Origin: Elusimicrobia bacterium RIFCSPLOWO2_02_FULL_39_32
GTDB lineage: Bacteria; Elusimicrobiota; Elusimicrobia; 2-02-FULL-39-32
Assembly: GCA_001800135.1 (NCBI GenBank)
Contig: MGUU01000002.1
Span: 2,388-66,387 of the forward strand
Direction: 5' to 3'
Length of the DNA stretch: 64,000 bases
A model generated the notes under the pieces. The model saw only the letters and a program-made list of their open reading frames with translations. It was not told where the DNA came from and did not search any database. Below, piece after piece: positions 30,298 through 41,125 of this stretch; the first letter of the stretch is position 1, and the number at the start of each line of letters is the position of its first letter. A program made the translations under genes and the position numbers.

Positions 30298-30449
30298 GGG
30301 AAAAATATGACCGAGCTTCAGCGACTGGAGGTGACGTCCCAAAGGGACTGTCCCTTCCTAATAAAAAATTTTTTAAGAGGAGGGACGAAGTCACACTCTC
30401 GTCCTTTAGGAAGGAATGGTTGTTCATTGATCTGTTTTAGGAGAAAACC
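30298..30449 (+). promoter_or_regulatory. Structured intergenic leader: stem-loops with alternative pairings upstream of the radical-SAM/ArsM gene
   Basis: Hairpins AAGGGA-CTG-TCCCTT and GGACGA...TCGTCC. GTGACGTCCC can also pair with GGGACGAAGTCAC. A strong RBS AGGAGAAAACCATG follows. Confidence 0.35.
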
Positions 30450-32966
30450 ATGACTGAAGAGATTAAAAATTCCACTATTTTTTATAAACCTAATTTAGAG
30501 ACATGGGGAAAAAATGAGTTTCAGTTTTTTTTAGATGGCGATTCACCCAACTGGATCGCTGTAGATGAGAGAGGATCCCAGATTCTTCAATGGGTGAATG
30601 GGCAAAGGAACTTTGGTGAGATCCTGCGACTCTACAGCCAAACTCAAATGTTTGATTTTGCAAAATCCTGGCTCCATTGTCACACTTTTCTAAAAGAGGC
30701 ATTGCAGCGAGGGATTATTTCTCTCCAACCTTTTGAAACATCCCCCTATCTAGGCAGAAGCCATTATCTTAAAACCGAAAAGCTAAAAGAATTTTGGATT
30801 CATTTAACTCAAACCTGCAACCTCGCCTGCACCCATTGTTTGGTTTCTTCCGGCCCCCAAGGAGAGAAAGGAATGAATACAGAATTTTATATCCGCGCCA
30901 TTGACGAAACTAGCGGTTTAGGCGTTGAACGCTATTACTTTACCGGCGGGGAACCTTTCGCTCGTCCGGATATTTTTGAACTTATTCGATATACAACAGA
31001 AACAAAACAAAAAGAATTAATTATTCTAACGAATGCAACCCTTTTTACCAATGCGCGGATTGAACAGCTTAAAAAACTGAGTCGAGAAAAAGTGAAATTT
31101 CAGGTGAGCATAGATGGAACGACTGCTCTAACAAACAATGCTATCCGGGGAACAGGTGTTTTTGAAAAGGCATGTCAGGGACTACGCGCCTTAAGCGAAC
31201 TTAGGTTTGAAACTTCTTTAACTGCCGTGGTCACAAAAAAGAATATAAAGGAACTAGAAAACTTGCCCAAGCTTGCCAAGGAACTGGGAGCCAAATCTAT
31301 TCACCTCATGTGGCTCCATAAAAGAGGCCGAATTTTGGAATCTGCGGATTCTTCTTTTCCAACCACAGCGGAACTTTTGCATTTGGCAAAAAGTGTAAAG
31401 CTCTCCTCAGAAAATTTAGGAATTGTTTTTGATAATATGGAATCTCTTAAACTTCGTATAAACGGTCAACCTAATGTTAAATACGATTTAGGAATGATGG
31501 GTTGGGAAAGTTTGTGCCTCTATCTCAATGGGGAGCTCTATCCTTCTGCTGCAATGGCTGGTCACACGGATTTAACTCTTGGCGCTCTCAATGGCAAAAC
31601 AATTCAAGAGCTTTGGCTTAAAAGCGATTTAGCGGATCGCATCCGCAATTTAAGCGTGATTCAAAAAGTTTCAACCCTGAAGAATCCTTTTCAGTTTCTA
31701 ACAGGCGGCGGAGACATTGAACATAGTTATTTTTTCTCTGCCAATGGACAGCAAGGAAACTTTCTCGCGCCAGATCCTTATTACGAAATTTATGTTGAAC
31801 TGATAAAAGAGATCATGCTAGATTTAGCAGTTCAAAAAAAAGAAACGATTAATCAAAAATCTGGGTTCAATGCTCCAGTTATTTTCCATTCCATGGGAGA
31901 AGATGCTATCACTTGCAGTGAAGATGCTTTAGGCTGGTTAAATTCAAACGAATTGCCAACAGTGCGCTTGCTCCATTCTAACTGCGTCCTTTCCTTTGAT
32001 GTAGAAAAACCATATAAAGCGGTACAAAAATTTTATGGAAAAGCTGCTGAAAAACCGCAGGAAGAGCTTTGCTGCCCAATAAAATATGACGACCATGAGA
32101 TCAGCCACATTCCACAAGAGGTGCTTGATCGTTTTTATGGGTGCGGCTCCCCCATTTCCCTTTCTCAAGTAAAAGAAGGAGAAACAACTCTGGATCTAGG
32201 TTCTGGCGCTGGCATAGACTGTTTTATAGCGGCAAAAAAAGTAGGCGCTTTGGGAAAAGTGATTGGCATTGACATGACAGATCAAATGCTTGAAGTTGCA
32301 AATCGCTGCAAAGAAACAGTAACAAAAAATCTTGGGTACGATGTAGTGGAATTTAAAAAAGGGTATCTGGAAAAAATTCCTGCGCCAGACCGATCTATAG
32401 ACTTAGTCACTTCTAACTGCGTAATCAATTTATCCCCAAATAAAAAAAAGGTGTTTGCGGAAATTTGGCGCATCTTAAAAGATACCGGCCGTTTTGTGGT
32501 GGCAGATATAGTCTCTGACATATCTGTGCCAATTTCTCTGCAAGCTCACCAAGAGCTTTGGGGGGAGTGTATTTCCGGCTCTTTATCGGAAGATGAATTT
32601 CTCGCTCAGCTCCAAAAAGCGGGGTTCTACGGGATTTCGCTTCTAAAAAAAACATTCTGGAAAGAGGTGGAAGGCGTAAAGTTTTACTCCATCACAGTGC
32701 GCGGATTCAAATTTGAAAAAAAGGAAGGATGTAAATTTATAGGACAAAAAGCGATCTATCTTGGTCCCTACCAATCCATAATGGATGAAGAAGGTCACCT
32801 CTTCCCTCGTGGAGAAGCAGTAGAGATTTGCACAGATACCGCTGCCAAACTACAAGCAGAACCGTACATGAACCAATTTCATATTCTAGAGCCCAGAAAT
32901 CAAACAAAAATTAAATTTGAAGTTAAAGAGAACAGTTCAAACTGTTGTGGTCCAAGCTGCTGCTGA
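30450..32966 (+). CDS. Fusion protein: PqqD-like (RRE) domain, then radical SAM domain, then ArsM-type As(III) S-adenosylmethionine methyltransferase with a Cys-rich tail
   Basis: N-terminus [27 protein letters not shown] is PqqD-like. CNLACTHC is a radical SAM cluster motif. The C-terminal half aligns to ArsM ([40 protein letters not shown]). All four As-binding Cys equivalents are present: LCCP, GCGSP, SNCV, WGECISG. It ends NCCGPSCC. Confidence 0.8.
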   Translation: MTEEIKNSTIFYKPNLETWGKNEFQFFLDGDSPNWIAVDERGSQILQWVNGQRNFGEILRLYSQTQMFDFAKSWLHCHTFLKEALQRGIISLQPFETSPYLGRSHYLKTEKLKEFWIHLTQTCNLACTHCLVSSGPQGEKGMNTEFYIRAIDETSGLGVERYYFTGGEPFARPDIFELIRYTTETKQKELIILTNATLFTNARIEQLKKLSREKVKFQVSIDGTTALTNNAIRGTGVFEKACQGLRALSELRFETSLTAVVTKKNIKELENLPKLAKELGAKSIHLMWLHKRGRILESADSSFPTTAELLHLAKSVKLSSENLGIVFDNMESLKLRINGQPNVKYDLGMMGWESLCLYLNGELYPSAAMAGHTDLTLGALNGKTIQELWLKSDLADRIRNLSVIQKVSTLKNPFQFLTGGGDIEHSYFFSANGQQGNFLAPDPYYEIYVELIKEIMLDLAVQKKETINQKSGFNAPVIFHSMGEDAITCSEDALGWLNSNELPTVRLLHSNCVLSFDVEKPYKAVQKFYGKAAEKPQEELCCPIKYDDHEISHIPQEVLDRFYGCGSPISLSQVKEGETTLDLGSGAGIDCFIAAKKVGALGKVIGIDMTDQMLEVANRCKETVTKNLGYDVVEFKKGYLEKIPAPDRSIDLVTSNCVINLSPNKKKVFAEIWRILKDTGRFVVADIVSDISVPISLQAHQELWGECISGSLSEDEFLAQLQKAGFYGISLLKKTFWKEVEGVKFYSITVRGFKFEKKEGCKFIGQKAIYLGPYQSIMDEEGHLFPRGEAVEICTDTAAKLQAEPYMNQFHILEPRNQTKIKFEVKENSSNCCGPSCC

Positions 32967-33141
32967 AGGGACATTTTTGCATCATTATTCTTAAAAGGAA
33001 TGCGCGTAGAATGATCTTGTGAGCTCAGGACTTGTGGAAGCGGGCCATATGGTAGACGCGCTTTTAGAAGAACTAGCGAATCAACTTAAAGAAAGTCAGG
33101 TAGAATTGGCGACTTTTACAAAGAATAACTGAGGATTTATC

Positions 33142-34248
33142 ATGAAAGCGATTGCTATTTTTCCGGGAAAAATTGGGAGCGCTCATTTAAGGGAAATTCC
33201 TAAACCTAAAGTAGAAGATGCCGCCAACGGACGAGGAGTATTAGTAAAGGTCTTGCGGGTTGGAGTTGACGGAACGGACAAAGAAATAGACGCGGCTGAA
33301 TATGGAACTGCTCCAAAAGGTTCTGATTTTCTTGTCACAGGACACGAAAGTTTTGGGATTGTGGAATCGGTTGGGAAAAATGTGAGCGAGTTTGTGCCGG
33401 GCGATTTTGTGGTGGCAACAGTGCGCAGACCCGGGAATAGTATTTATGACAGAATCGGAACCTACGACATGACTTTAGATGAAATTTACTATGAACGGGG
33501 AATTAATCTTTTACATGGATATCTCACGGAATATTATGTGGACGAACCAGAATATATTGTAAAAGTGCCGCAAGGATTAAAAGAAGTTGGAGTTCTGCTG
33601 GAACCCACCAGCGTGATAGAAAAAGGGATTGCTCAGGCCTACGAAATCCAAAGAAGGTTAAAAGTTTGGCAGCCAAAAAGAGCAGCTGTTTTGGGAGCAG
33701 GAACCATTGGTTTGTTGGCAACAATCGCGCTTCGCTTAAGAGGGATTGAAGTTTGCGCCTTTGCCAGAACCAAACCTCCGTATCTTAATTCCAATTTAGT
33801 CAAAAAAATTGGCGGCTGCTATCATAGCCTGCAAGAAATTTCCCTTACCGAATCTTCCAAAAATCATGGGCCTTTTGATCTGATTTTTGAAGCGACAGGT
33901 TTTGCTCCACTCGCTTTTGAGGCGATGAATGTTCTTGGAAAAAATGGAGTGTTAGTTCTTTCCAGTGTCACTGGAGGAGGGCGAAATATCCAAATTCCTG
34001 CGGACCAAATTAACCTTGGATTTGTTCTTGGAAACAAGGTAATGGTGGGAACAGTAAATGCCAACCGAGAATATTTTGAGATGGGCGTCAAAGATCTTTC
34101 TCAGGCGGAGCTTACCTGGCCCGGCTGGCTTAACAAACTCTTAACCCATCCTATTCAAGGATTAGAAAATTATAAACAGTTAATTGAAACGTTAAAGGGA
34201 AAAAAGGAAGCGATAAAAGTTTTTTGTGAGGTGGCGCCTCTACCATGA
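33142..34248 (+). CDS. Zn-dependent medium-chain dehydrogenase (archaeal-type glucose 1-dehydrogenase-like)
   Basis: [12 protein letters not shown] Zn motif. Rossmann motif GAGTIGLLA. Confidence 0.7.
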   Translation: MKAIAIFPGKIGSAHLREIPKPKVEDAANGRGVLVKVLRVGVDGTDKEIDAAEYGTAPKGSDFLVTGHESFGIVESVGKNVSEFVPGDFVVATVRRPGNSIYDRIGTYDMTLDEIYYERGINLLHGYLTEYYVDEPEYIVKVPQGLKEVGVLLEPTSVIEKGIAQAYEIQRRLKVWQPKRAAVLGAGTIGLLATIALRLRGIEVCAFARTKPPYLNSNLVKKIGGCYHSLQEISLTESSKNHGPFDLIFEATGFAPLAFEAMNVLGKNGVLVLSSVTGGGRNIQIPADQINLGFVLGNKVMVGTVNANREYFEMGVKDLSQAELTWPGWLNKLLTHPIQGLENYKQLIETLKGKKEAIKVFCEVAPLP

Positions 34249-36941
34249 AAACCGAAGAAGAAAAAAGGCTAAAAGAGTCCCGAGATCAAACAGCCCACTG
34301 GAAACGATGGGGCCCATACGTTAGTGACAGGCAATGGGGCACGGTTAGAGAAGATTACAGCGCCCATGGAACGGCATGGGACTATTTTCCCCACGATCAT
34401 GCACGTTCGCGAGCGTACCGATGGGGCGAAGATGGAATCTTTGGCATTTCGGATAATCACCAAAAACTTTGTTTCGCTTTAGCTTTGTGGAATGGGGAAG
34501 ATCCTATTTTAAAAGAGAGATTCTTTGGACTCTCCGGAACCGAAGGGAATCATGGGGAAGACGTAAAAGAGTATTATTTCTATTTAGACAATACCCCCAC
34601 CCATTCCTATATGAAAGCTCTCTACAAGTATCCCCAATCTGCGTTCCCCTATTCTTGGCTCGTACAAGAAAATAGAAAGCGAGGCCGCCAAAAACCTGAG
34701 TTTGAATTGTTGGGTACAGGTCTCTTTAATGAAGATCGGTACTTCGATGTCTCTGTAGAATATGCGAAGAGCTCTCCGGAAGAAATTTGTATTCGCATTC
34801 AGGTAACGAACCGTGGACCGGAAGAAAAAACAATACATCTGCTGCCAACACTTTGGTTCCGCAACACATGGTCGTGGAAAGAAAACTCAAACAAACCACT
34901 ATTGAAAGCAGTGGGAACAAAAGCCAATGTTAAAGTGATTGAATCTGAACATCTCACCCTTGGCAAACGCTGGCTCTACTGCGAAGGAAATCCAGAACTC
35001 CTCTTTACAGAGAACGAAACAAACTTTAGCCGACTCTATGGAACACCTAACCCATCGCCCTATGTAAAGGACGGAATTAACGAAACTATCGTCCAAGGAA
35101 ATAAGAACGCGGTCAACCCGGATCGCACAGGGACAAAAGCTTCCGCCTATTATTTAATCAATGTCGCGCCTCAAGGAACTAAGACGATACAACTCGTTTT
35201 AACTCCTCAAACAAAATCCCGTCCCTTTGGCGCCGCGTTTAAAAAAACTTTTGAACTGCGTCAAAGGGAAGCGGACGACTTTTATAAAAATCTTTGTCCC
35301 TATCCTATGATGGAAGATATGAAGAATGTTCAAAGACAAGCATTCGCAGGAATGCTTTGGACAAAACAATTCTATCATTATGTTCTGGAAGATTGGTTAA
35401 AGGGGGACCCAACTCAACCTGCTCCTGCGCCGCAACGTAAGAACGGCAGAAATGGGGATTGGAAACATCTTTATAGTGAAGATATTCTTTCCATGCCGGA
35501 CAAATGGGAATACCCTTGGTTTGCTTCGTGGGACTTGGCGTTTCACCTTATTCCTTACGCCATGATTGATCCGGACTTCGCTAAACACCAACTCCAATTG
35601 CTTACGCGCGAATGGTACATGCACCCGAATGGGCAAATCCCCGCGTACGAGTGGGCCTTTGGCGATGTGAATCCCCCGGTTCATGCCTGGGCAGCATTAC
35701 GAATCTATCGAATAGAAAAAAAGATGACAGGGAATTCCGACCGACAATTTCTGGAAAGAGTGTTCCAAAAGCTTCTGCTTAATTTTACATGGTGGGTCAA
35801 TAAAAAAGATACCGAAGGAAAAAATATATTTGAAGGCGGATTCCTTGGGCTAGACAATATTGGAATATTTGATCGCAGCAAACCCCTTCCTAACGGAAGA
35901 TTCATTGAGCAGTCGGATGGCACCAGTTGGATGGGCATGTATTGTTTAAATATGCTTCAAATTGCTTTAGAACTTGCAAAAGAAAATTCTTCCTATGAAG
36001 ACATTGCCAGCAAGTTCTTTGAACATTTTCTTTATATTGCCGACGCCATGAACCATCGTGGAGGTGAAGAATTAGAACTTTGGGATGAGGAAGATGGTTT
36101 TTATTATGACGTTCTTCACTATAAAGGCGGACGCCACACTCCCATAAAAATTAGATCCATGGTAGGGCTTATCCCGCTTTTTGCAGTGGAAACTTTAGAG
36201 CCGGAAATCATCAATCGTTTTCCCGGATTCAAAAAGAGAATGGAATGGTTTATTAAAAATAGGCCCGACCTTGCGCGGAATATTGCCAGCATGGAAAAGC
36301 CCGGAATGGGCGAGCGCAGGCTTTTATCTATTGTAAACCAAGAAAAGTTGAAGCGTATCCTCGAAAAAATAGTAGATGAATCAAGATTCCTAGGAAAACA
36401 TGGTGTGCGCGCCGTGTCTAAAATTCATCAGAATAACCCTTATGTTTTTAGCATGGATGGCTTTGAGGCGCGCATTGACTACGAACCTGCGGAGTCGTCT
36501 AGTGGGCTCTTTGGCGGCAACAGCAATTGGCGTGGACCCATTTGGTTTCCTCTAAACTTTTTATTGATAGAATCTCTTCAGAAATTTCATCACTATTTAG
36601 GAAACGAGTATAAAATTGAGTGCCCTTCGGGTTCAGGGAAACAGGCTACGCTTTGGGAAGTGGCCGCAGAAATTTCTCACCGCTTAATTGGTATATTCTT
36701 GAAGGATGAGTCTGGGGATAGACCTGTTTATGGGGATGTAGAAAAGTTTCAAAAGGATCCTCATTGGAAAGATCACATTTTATTCTACGAATATTTTCAC
36801 GGCGACAATGGCTCTGGGATTGGAGCCAGCCACCAAACAGGCTGGACCGGCATCATCGCCAAACTTTTGCAACAGTGCGCAGAATACTGTGGTCAACACA
36901 AACCGCCCCGGCTGTTGAAGGAGTCAAAAATTGAAAACTAA
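34245..36941 (+). CDS. Glycoside hydrolase, GH63-like (alpha/alpha)6-barrel (glucosyl-/mannosylglycerate hydrolase or processing alpha-glucosidase family)
   Basis: Length and motifs ([35 protein letters not shown]) match the GH63/MGH family. It overlaps the upstream gene by 4 nt. Confidence 0.6.
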   Translation: MKTEEEKRLKESRDQTAHWKRWGPYVSDRQWGTVREDYSAHGTAWDYFPHDHARSRAYRWGEDGIFGISDNHQKLCFALALWNGEDPILKERFFGLSGTEGNHGEDVKEYYFYLDNTPTHSYMKALYKYPQSAFPYSWLVQENRKRGRQKPEFELLGTGLFNEDRYFDVSVEYAKSSPEEICIRIQVTNRGPEEKTIHLLPTLWFRNTWSWKENSNKPLLKAVGTKANVKVIESEHLTLGKRWLYCEGNPELLFTENETNFSRLYGTPNPSPYVKDGINETIVQGNKNAVNPDRTGTKASAYYLINVAPQGTKTIQLVLTPQTKSRPFGAAFKKTFELRQREADDFYKNLCPYPMMEDMKNVQRQAFAGMLWTKQFYHYVLEDWLKGDPTQPAPAPQRKNGRNGDWKHLYSEDILSMPDKWEYPWFASWDLAFHLIPYAMIDPDFAKHQLQLLTREWYMHPNGQIPAYEWAFGDVNPPVHAWAALRIYRIEKKMTGNSDRQFLERVFQKLLLNFTWWVNKKDTEGKNIFEGGFLGLDNIGIFDRSKPLPNGRFIEQSDGTSWMGMYCLNMLQIALELAKENSSYEDIASKFFEHFLYIADAMNHRGGEELELWDEEDGFYYDVLHYKGGRHTPIKIRSMVGLIPLFAVETLEPEIINRFPGFKKRMEWFIKNRPDLARNIASMEKPGMGERRLLSIVNQEKLKRILEKIVDESRFLGKHGVRAVSKIHQNNPYVFSMDGFEARIDYEPAESSSGLFGGNSNWRGPIWFPLNFLLIESLQKFHHYLGNEYKIECPSGSGKQATLWEVAAEISHRLIGIFLKDESGDRPVYGDVEKFQKDPHWKDHILFYEYFHGDNGSGIGASHQTGWTGIIAKLLQQCAEYCGQHKPPRLLKESKIEN

Positions 36942-37665
36942 ATTTTTTATTTATGCTGTTGGGGTATTCCTAGCGGGATTCTTTGGGAATGAAAGAGTAT
37001 ATGCAGAATTTGTGATTGATCGTTTTTCTTCTCAAACCGAAAGTAACGGAATTCCCAAGGGTTGGGAAGAGCTTACATTTAAAAAAATCCCAAACCATAC
37101 CCGATATACGGTAGTTCAAGAAGGAAACAATTTTGTTCTTCAAGCGGTAAGTAGAAACTCTTCTTCCGGAATCCTAAAAAAAGTACCTCTAAATCCGAAA
37201 GATTATCCCATTCTTAAATGGCAGTGGAAAGTGGAAAATATCTTAAGCAAAGCAGACGCAAAGAAAAAGTCCGGAGACGATTATCCTGCTCGAATTTATG
37301 TGGCGTTTAAATATGACCCAACCCAAGCGAGCCTGTTAGAAAAAGCAAAATATGGGACGGTGAAAAAACTTTACGGAGAATATCCTCCTCAAGGAGCTTT
37401 AAACTACATTTGGGATAACCGGCTTCCTGTTGGAACCGCTCTGGATAACGCCTACACAGACCGGGCGAAAATGATCGTGGTAGAGAGCGGGCGAGACAAA
37501 ATAGGACAGTGGGTTTCCGAAGAAAAAAATATTTATGAAGATTACAAAAGGATATTCGGTTCCGAACCCCCGGAAATAGAATTTATTGCCGTTATGAGCG
37601 ATACCGATAACACGGAAGATTTCGCTGTGGCTTACTTTGATAACATTGTTTTGGAGAATAAATGA
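36931..37665 (+). CDS. DUF3047-family secreted protein
   Basis: Signal peptide. Conserved YPARIYVAF / NYIWDN blocks. Confidence 0.55.
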   Translation: MKTKFFIYAVGVFLAGFFGNERVYAEFVIDRFSSQTESNGIPKGWEELTFKKIPNHTRYTVVQEGNNFVLQAVSRNSSSGILKKVPLNPKDYPILKWQWKVENILSKADAKKKSGDDYPARIYVAFKYDPTQASLLEKAKYGTVKKLYGEYPPQGALNYIWDNRLPVGTALDNAYTDRAKMIVVESGRDKIGQWVSEEKNIYEDYKRIFGSEPPEIEFIAVMSDTDNTEDFAVAYFDNIVLENK

Positions 37666-38366
37666 AAAATAAATTAAATTCCACACTTAAAGGGATCATT
37701 GTTTTTAGCGCAATAGCTCTTTTAATTGTTGCCGCAAATAAATTCAATGTTCAAGAGCTTTTAAAAAATTCTTTAGACAAAATTCAAGAGCTTGGGATAT
37801 TAGGAATAGGACTCTTTATTCTCATTTATCTTCTAGCTTGCGTTTTGTTTCTCCCGGGTTCTATTTTAACTCTGGGAGCAGGAGCGATCTTTGGTGTCAT
37901 CAAAGGTTCCGTTATTGTTTCTTTGAGTTCTACCCTTGGAGCCACTTGCACTTTTCTTATTGGAAGGTATCTTGTAAGACATTGGGTGGAATCTAAAATT
38001 GAAGGGAACCCAAAATTTAAAGCCGTGGACGAAGCTGTGGCAAAAGAGGGGTGGAAAATTGTGGGGCTCACCCGTCTATCTCCTATCTTTCCATTTAATC
38101 TGCTTAACTACGCCTATGGGGTAACCAAGGTAACGATACGGGATTATATTCTTGCATCCTGGATCGGCATGATGCCGGGAACGGTAATGTACGTTTATAT
38201 CGGTTCTCTCGCAGGAGACATAGCCACACTTGGGTCAAGAGCAACCACCGGAGCCGTGAGTTCGGTACAGTGGACAATAAGAATTATAGGATTCATTGCC
38301 ACAGTGCTTGTGACAGTTTATGTAACGCGAGTAGCCAAGAAAGCCCTCAATGAAAAAATTTCTTGA
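37662..38366 (+). CDS. DedA / TVP38-TMEM64 family membrane protein
   Basis: VLFLPGSILTLGAGAIFG motif. Confidence 0.8.
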   Translation: MKNKLNSTLKGIIVFSAIALLIVAANKFNVQELLKNSLDKIQELGILGIGLFILIYLLACVLFLPGSILTLGAGAIFGVIKGSVIVSLSSTLGATCTFLIGRYLVRHWVESKIEGNPKFKAVDEAVAKEGWKIVGLTRLSPIFPFNLLNYAYGVTKVTIRDYILASWIGMMPGTVMYVYIGSLAGDIATLGSRATTGAVSSVQWTIRIIGFIATVLVTVYVTRVAKKALNEKIS

Positions 38367-38416
38367 AAGATGGGAAATTAGTGACTGCCCCCCATTTCCT
38401 AAGGAGGAATTCGTTT

Positions 38417-39955
38417 ATGCCATTAACTAAAGATATTGTAACCATCCCCCCCATGGACAAGCACAACCAAACCCTTGTTTCCAACGTGCATCCATCCAAC
38501 TGGGAAAATCCAACCCCTACAGAAGTCTATAACTTAGTTGTGATTGGAGGAGGTACTGCCGGGCTGGTTACCGCGATTGGGGCAGCAGGTCTGGGAGCAA
38601 AGGTAGCCCTCATAGAAAAACATTTAATGGGCGGAGACTGCTTAAACGTGGGCTGCGTTCCTTCTAAGGCGATAATTCGTTCTTCCCGAGTAGTCGCAGA
38701 AATTCGTGAAGCCTCTTCCTATGGAGTCCGAGTTCCGGATGGGACCGAAGCTAACTTTGCAGCAGTCATGGAGCGGGTGCGTAAGCTCCGAGCTGGCATT
38801 AGCCACCACGACTCTGCGGAAAGATATAAAAATTTAGGTATAGATGTATTTCTTGGGGAAGCGCAATTTAAAACAAGTTATAGCGTTGAAGTAAACGGAA
38901 AAATTCTAAAATTTAAGAAGGCGGTTATTGCCACCGGAGCCAGAGCCGCTCACCCACCTATTCCGGGACTTCCAGAAGCGGGGTTTCTTACTAACGAAAC
39001 TGTTTTCAATCTTACCTCTCTACCAAAAAGATTTCTCATTGTTGGCGCAGGTCCCATCGGCTGTGAGTTAGCCCAAGCATTTAGTCGTTTAGGATCCGAA
39101 GTCCATCTTTTTGAGGCGATGCATGGATTTCTTCCCAGAGAGGATCAGGATGCGGCAGGAATTTTAAAGAATGGTTTTGATAAAGAGAAAATCCATTCCC
39201 TTTGCTGCTGCAATATTTTAAAGGTAGAAAAGCGCGGGATGGAAAAGATTGTACATTTCACGGCGAAACACGAGGGGGAAAAACCTCAAGAAATTGCGGT
39301 AGATGAAATTTTGATTGGGGTAGGACGAATTCCTAATGTAACCGGTTTGAACCTTGAAACCGTCGGAGTAAAATATGATTCGAAGTCCGGAGTTCAAACG
39401 AACGATTATCTCCAAACGACCAACCCCAACATTTATGCCGCCGGTGACATCTGTCTTAAATATAAGTTTACTCACACTGCGGATGCAACAGCTCGCATTG
39501 TGATACAAAATGCTCTTTTCTTTAACAGTAAAAAAGTAAGTTCTCTAATTGTTCCCTGGTGCACTTACACAGACCCGGAAATCGCGCACGTTGGTCTCTA
39601 TGAACAGGAAGCGAAAGAAAAGGGAATTGAAGTTGAAACTTTTACGCGTGAATTTAAAGAAGTGGACCGAGCGATCCTAGACGGAGAAACAGAAGGCTTT
39701 GTGAAAGTGCATGTAAAAAAAGGGACAGATACAATTCTGGGATCCACGATTGTTTCCCGCCACGCGGGAGACATGATTAGCGAAATCACTTTAGCGATGA
39801 CCGCAAAAGTGGGGCTAGGAACCATTGCAAACGCAATTCATCCTTACCCAACACAAGCCGAAGCGATTAAACAGGTTGCAGATGCCTACAATCGTACCCG
39901 ACTCACCCCAACCATTAAAAAAATAATTTCCAATTGGCTTGTCTGGAGAAGGTAG
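38417..39955 (+). CDS. FAD-dependent pyridine nucleotide-disulfide oxidoreductase (class I; dihydrolipoamide dehydrogenase / MerA-like core without the C-terminal Cys pair)
   Basis: GGGTAGLVTA FAD motif. Redox disulfide GGDCLNVGCVPSK. NAD motif and dimerisation domain. RBS AAGGAGG precedes the ATG at 38417. Confidence 0.8.
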   Translation: MPLTKDIVTIPPMDKHNQTLVSNVHPSNWENPTPTEVYNLVVIGGGTAGLVTAIGAAGLGAKVALIEKHLMGGDCLNVGCVPSKAIIRSSRVVAEIREASSYGVRVPDGTEANFAAVMERVRKLRAGISHHDSAERYKNLGIDVFLGEAQFKTSYSVEVNGKILKFKKAVIATGARAAHPPIPGLPEAGFLTNETVFNLTSLPKRFLIVGAGPIGCELAQAFSRLGSEVHLFEAMHGFLPREDQDAAGILKNGFDKEKIHSLCCCNILKVEKRGMEKIVHFTAKHEGEKPQEIAVDEILIGVGRIPNVTGLNLETVGVKYDSKSGVQTNDYLQTTNPNIYAAGDICLKYKFTHTADATARIVIQNALFFNSKKVSSLIVPWCTYTDPEIAHVGLYEQEAKEKGIEVETFTREFKEVDRAILDGETEGFVKVHVKKGTDTILGSTIVSRHAGDMISEITLAMTAKVGLGTIANAIHPYPTQAEAIKQVADAYNRTRLTPTIKKIISNWLVWRR

Positions 39956-39965
39956 TGGTTCACAC

Positions 39966-40463
39966 CTATTTTTCCTCAAAAGAATTTAATCGTTCCAAAT
40001 CTTGAAGATCCTGATATCTTCCTGCAAGTTTTTTTAACTTGATCAGTAAATCTTTAGAAATGAAATAGGCTGGCTCACCAAAAAATTCTCCTAAGACTTT
40101 CTTTCCCCATGCTTCGTCAAATTCTACTCCTTCGAGGTAAGTCATCATTTCTATTTTAAATTCTCCACTCCCAATTTCAATTCTCTGTTTAGGCGCCATG
40201 ATTGTTTCTATAGATAGTTTAGAACCTGAAAATTCCATAACAGCGTTGGAAACGCGTTGACCATTTTCATAAGATTGCCTAATCCAAAAATCCATATCCT
40301 TACTAGAACGAGCAAAATGTCCATGAAACATGGACGCGTGAGCGCCTATAATGAGATACTCTACTTCATGTTTATTCAAAACTTTTAAAAATACGGCGTA
40401 ATCGTCTTGGAGAGGTAAATTTTCCATTCTAAAAAACGAGGAATCTAACCTTACTACGATCAA
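39966..40463 (-). CDS. Hypothetical protein, possible pol-beta-type nucleotidyltransferase
   Basis: G-x(14)-DMD motif (IIGAHASMFHGHFARSSKDMDFW). Confidence 0.4.
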   Translation of the reverse strand: MIVVRLDSSFFRMENLPLQDDYAVFLKVLNKHEVEYLIIGAHASMFHGHFARSSKDMDFWIRQSYENGQRVSNAVMEFSGSKLSIETIMAPKQRIEIGSGEFKIEMMTYLEGVEFDEAWGKKVLGEFFGEPAYFISKDLLIKLKKLAGRYQDLQDLERLNSFEEK

Positions 40464-40620
40464 TACGGATAGATTTAGGATCCATTTTCAATATTCCTAC
40501 ATAACTATTCCGCATAATAAAAGCCCACGATCTTAAAACATCAGAATAAGATTTTTCTTTCAAGTCCTGTGGAGCGTTCCAAGGCACTATTTTTATTTCA
40601 AAGCGACTATCCATAACCAT
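40429..40620 (-). CDS. Small hypothetical ORF overlapping the downstream nucleotidyltransferase-like gene by 35 nt
   Basis: ORF only. Possible antitoxin-like partner or frameshifted N-terminus. Confidence 0.25.
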   Translation of the reverse strand: MVMDSRFEIKIVPWNAPQDLKEKSYSDVLRSWAFIMRNSYVGILKMDPKSIRIDRSKVRFLVF

Positions 40621-40740
40621 TCTCCTTCCGCTTTAAATAGATTACATAAATCATTATAACATGAGAACTTAAGAACTTGCGATCAAAAATTTACAAAAAA
40701 TTTGAAAGAAGGGTTTTGCTAGATTACAATTTTCATAAAA

Positions 40741-40774
40741 TCTGTTTACTATGATTATACTTGTTTACCAAAAA
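40741..40774. repeat. Direct repeat copy 1 (TCTGTTTACTATGATTATACTTGTTTACCAAAAA)
   Basis: Near-identical to 41728-41766. It contains TATAAT on the minus strand. Confidence 0.6.
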
Positions 40775-40852
40775 TCCTGACTTTCGCAAAACTGGGATAA
40801 ATTGTTAGTGCAATGTGCAAATTGCATTGATAAATCAATGGGACATATCTAT

Positions 40853-41119
40853 CTAATATTTTGATTTACGCAGATGCAATTTGATCTGAGATTTTTTTTC
40901 TTGAGAAAGGTTTATGTTAGAGACTAAACTGACTGTATGATCTGCCCAGCCTTTAAGGACTCGGCGCAAAAAATCAAGTTGCCTCATGTAAGTTGGGCAG
41001 ACTTTACACATGGCAAGATGGATTTTAAGAGAAACTTTTTCCCAAAAAGGAATGGCATGATCCATTGATTCTGAGATCAATTTAGAAGCTTCTTCACAAG
41101 AGATCATTCTTAAACTCAT
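40853..41119 (-). CDS. Anti-sigma factor, zf-HC2 (ZAS) type, soluble
   Basis: HLAMCKVCPTY motif. Immediately downstream of the ECF sigma. Confidence 0.65.
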   Translation of the reverse strand: MSLRMISCEEASKLISESMDHAIPFWEKVSLKIHLAMCKVCPTYMRQLDFLRRVLKGWADHTVSLVSNINLSQEKKSQIKLHLRKSKY

Positions 41120-41125
41120 ATTTTT

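Noticed and set aside
30298-30449. Possible SAM-I riboswitch, suggested by an AAGAGGAGGGAC segment.
   Set aside because: The conserved GGCCC / GAUGA / GCAACC elements and the four-way junction arrangement are missing. Reported only as a generic structured leader.
38417-39955. Considered calling the flavin disulfide reductase MerA, to complete the mer operon.
   Set aside because: It lacks the C-terminal vicinal Cys pair and the NmerA HMA domain that define MerA. It is 3 kb away in a different operon. It is better described as a DLD/MerA-like class I reductase.
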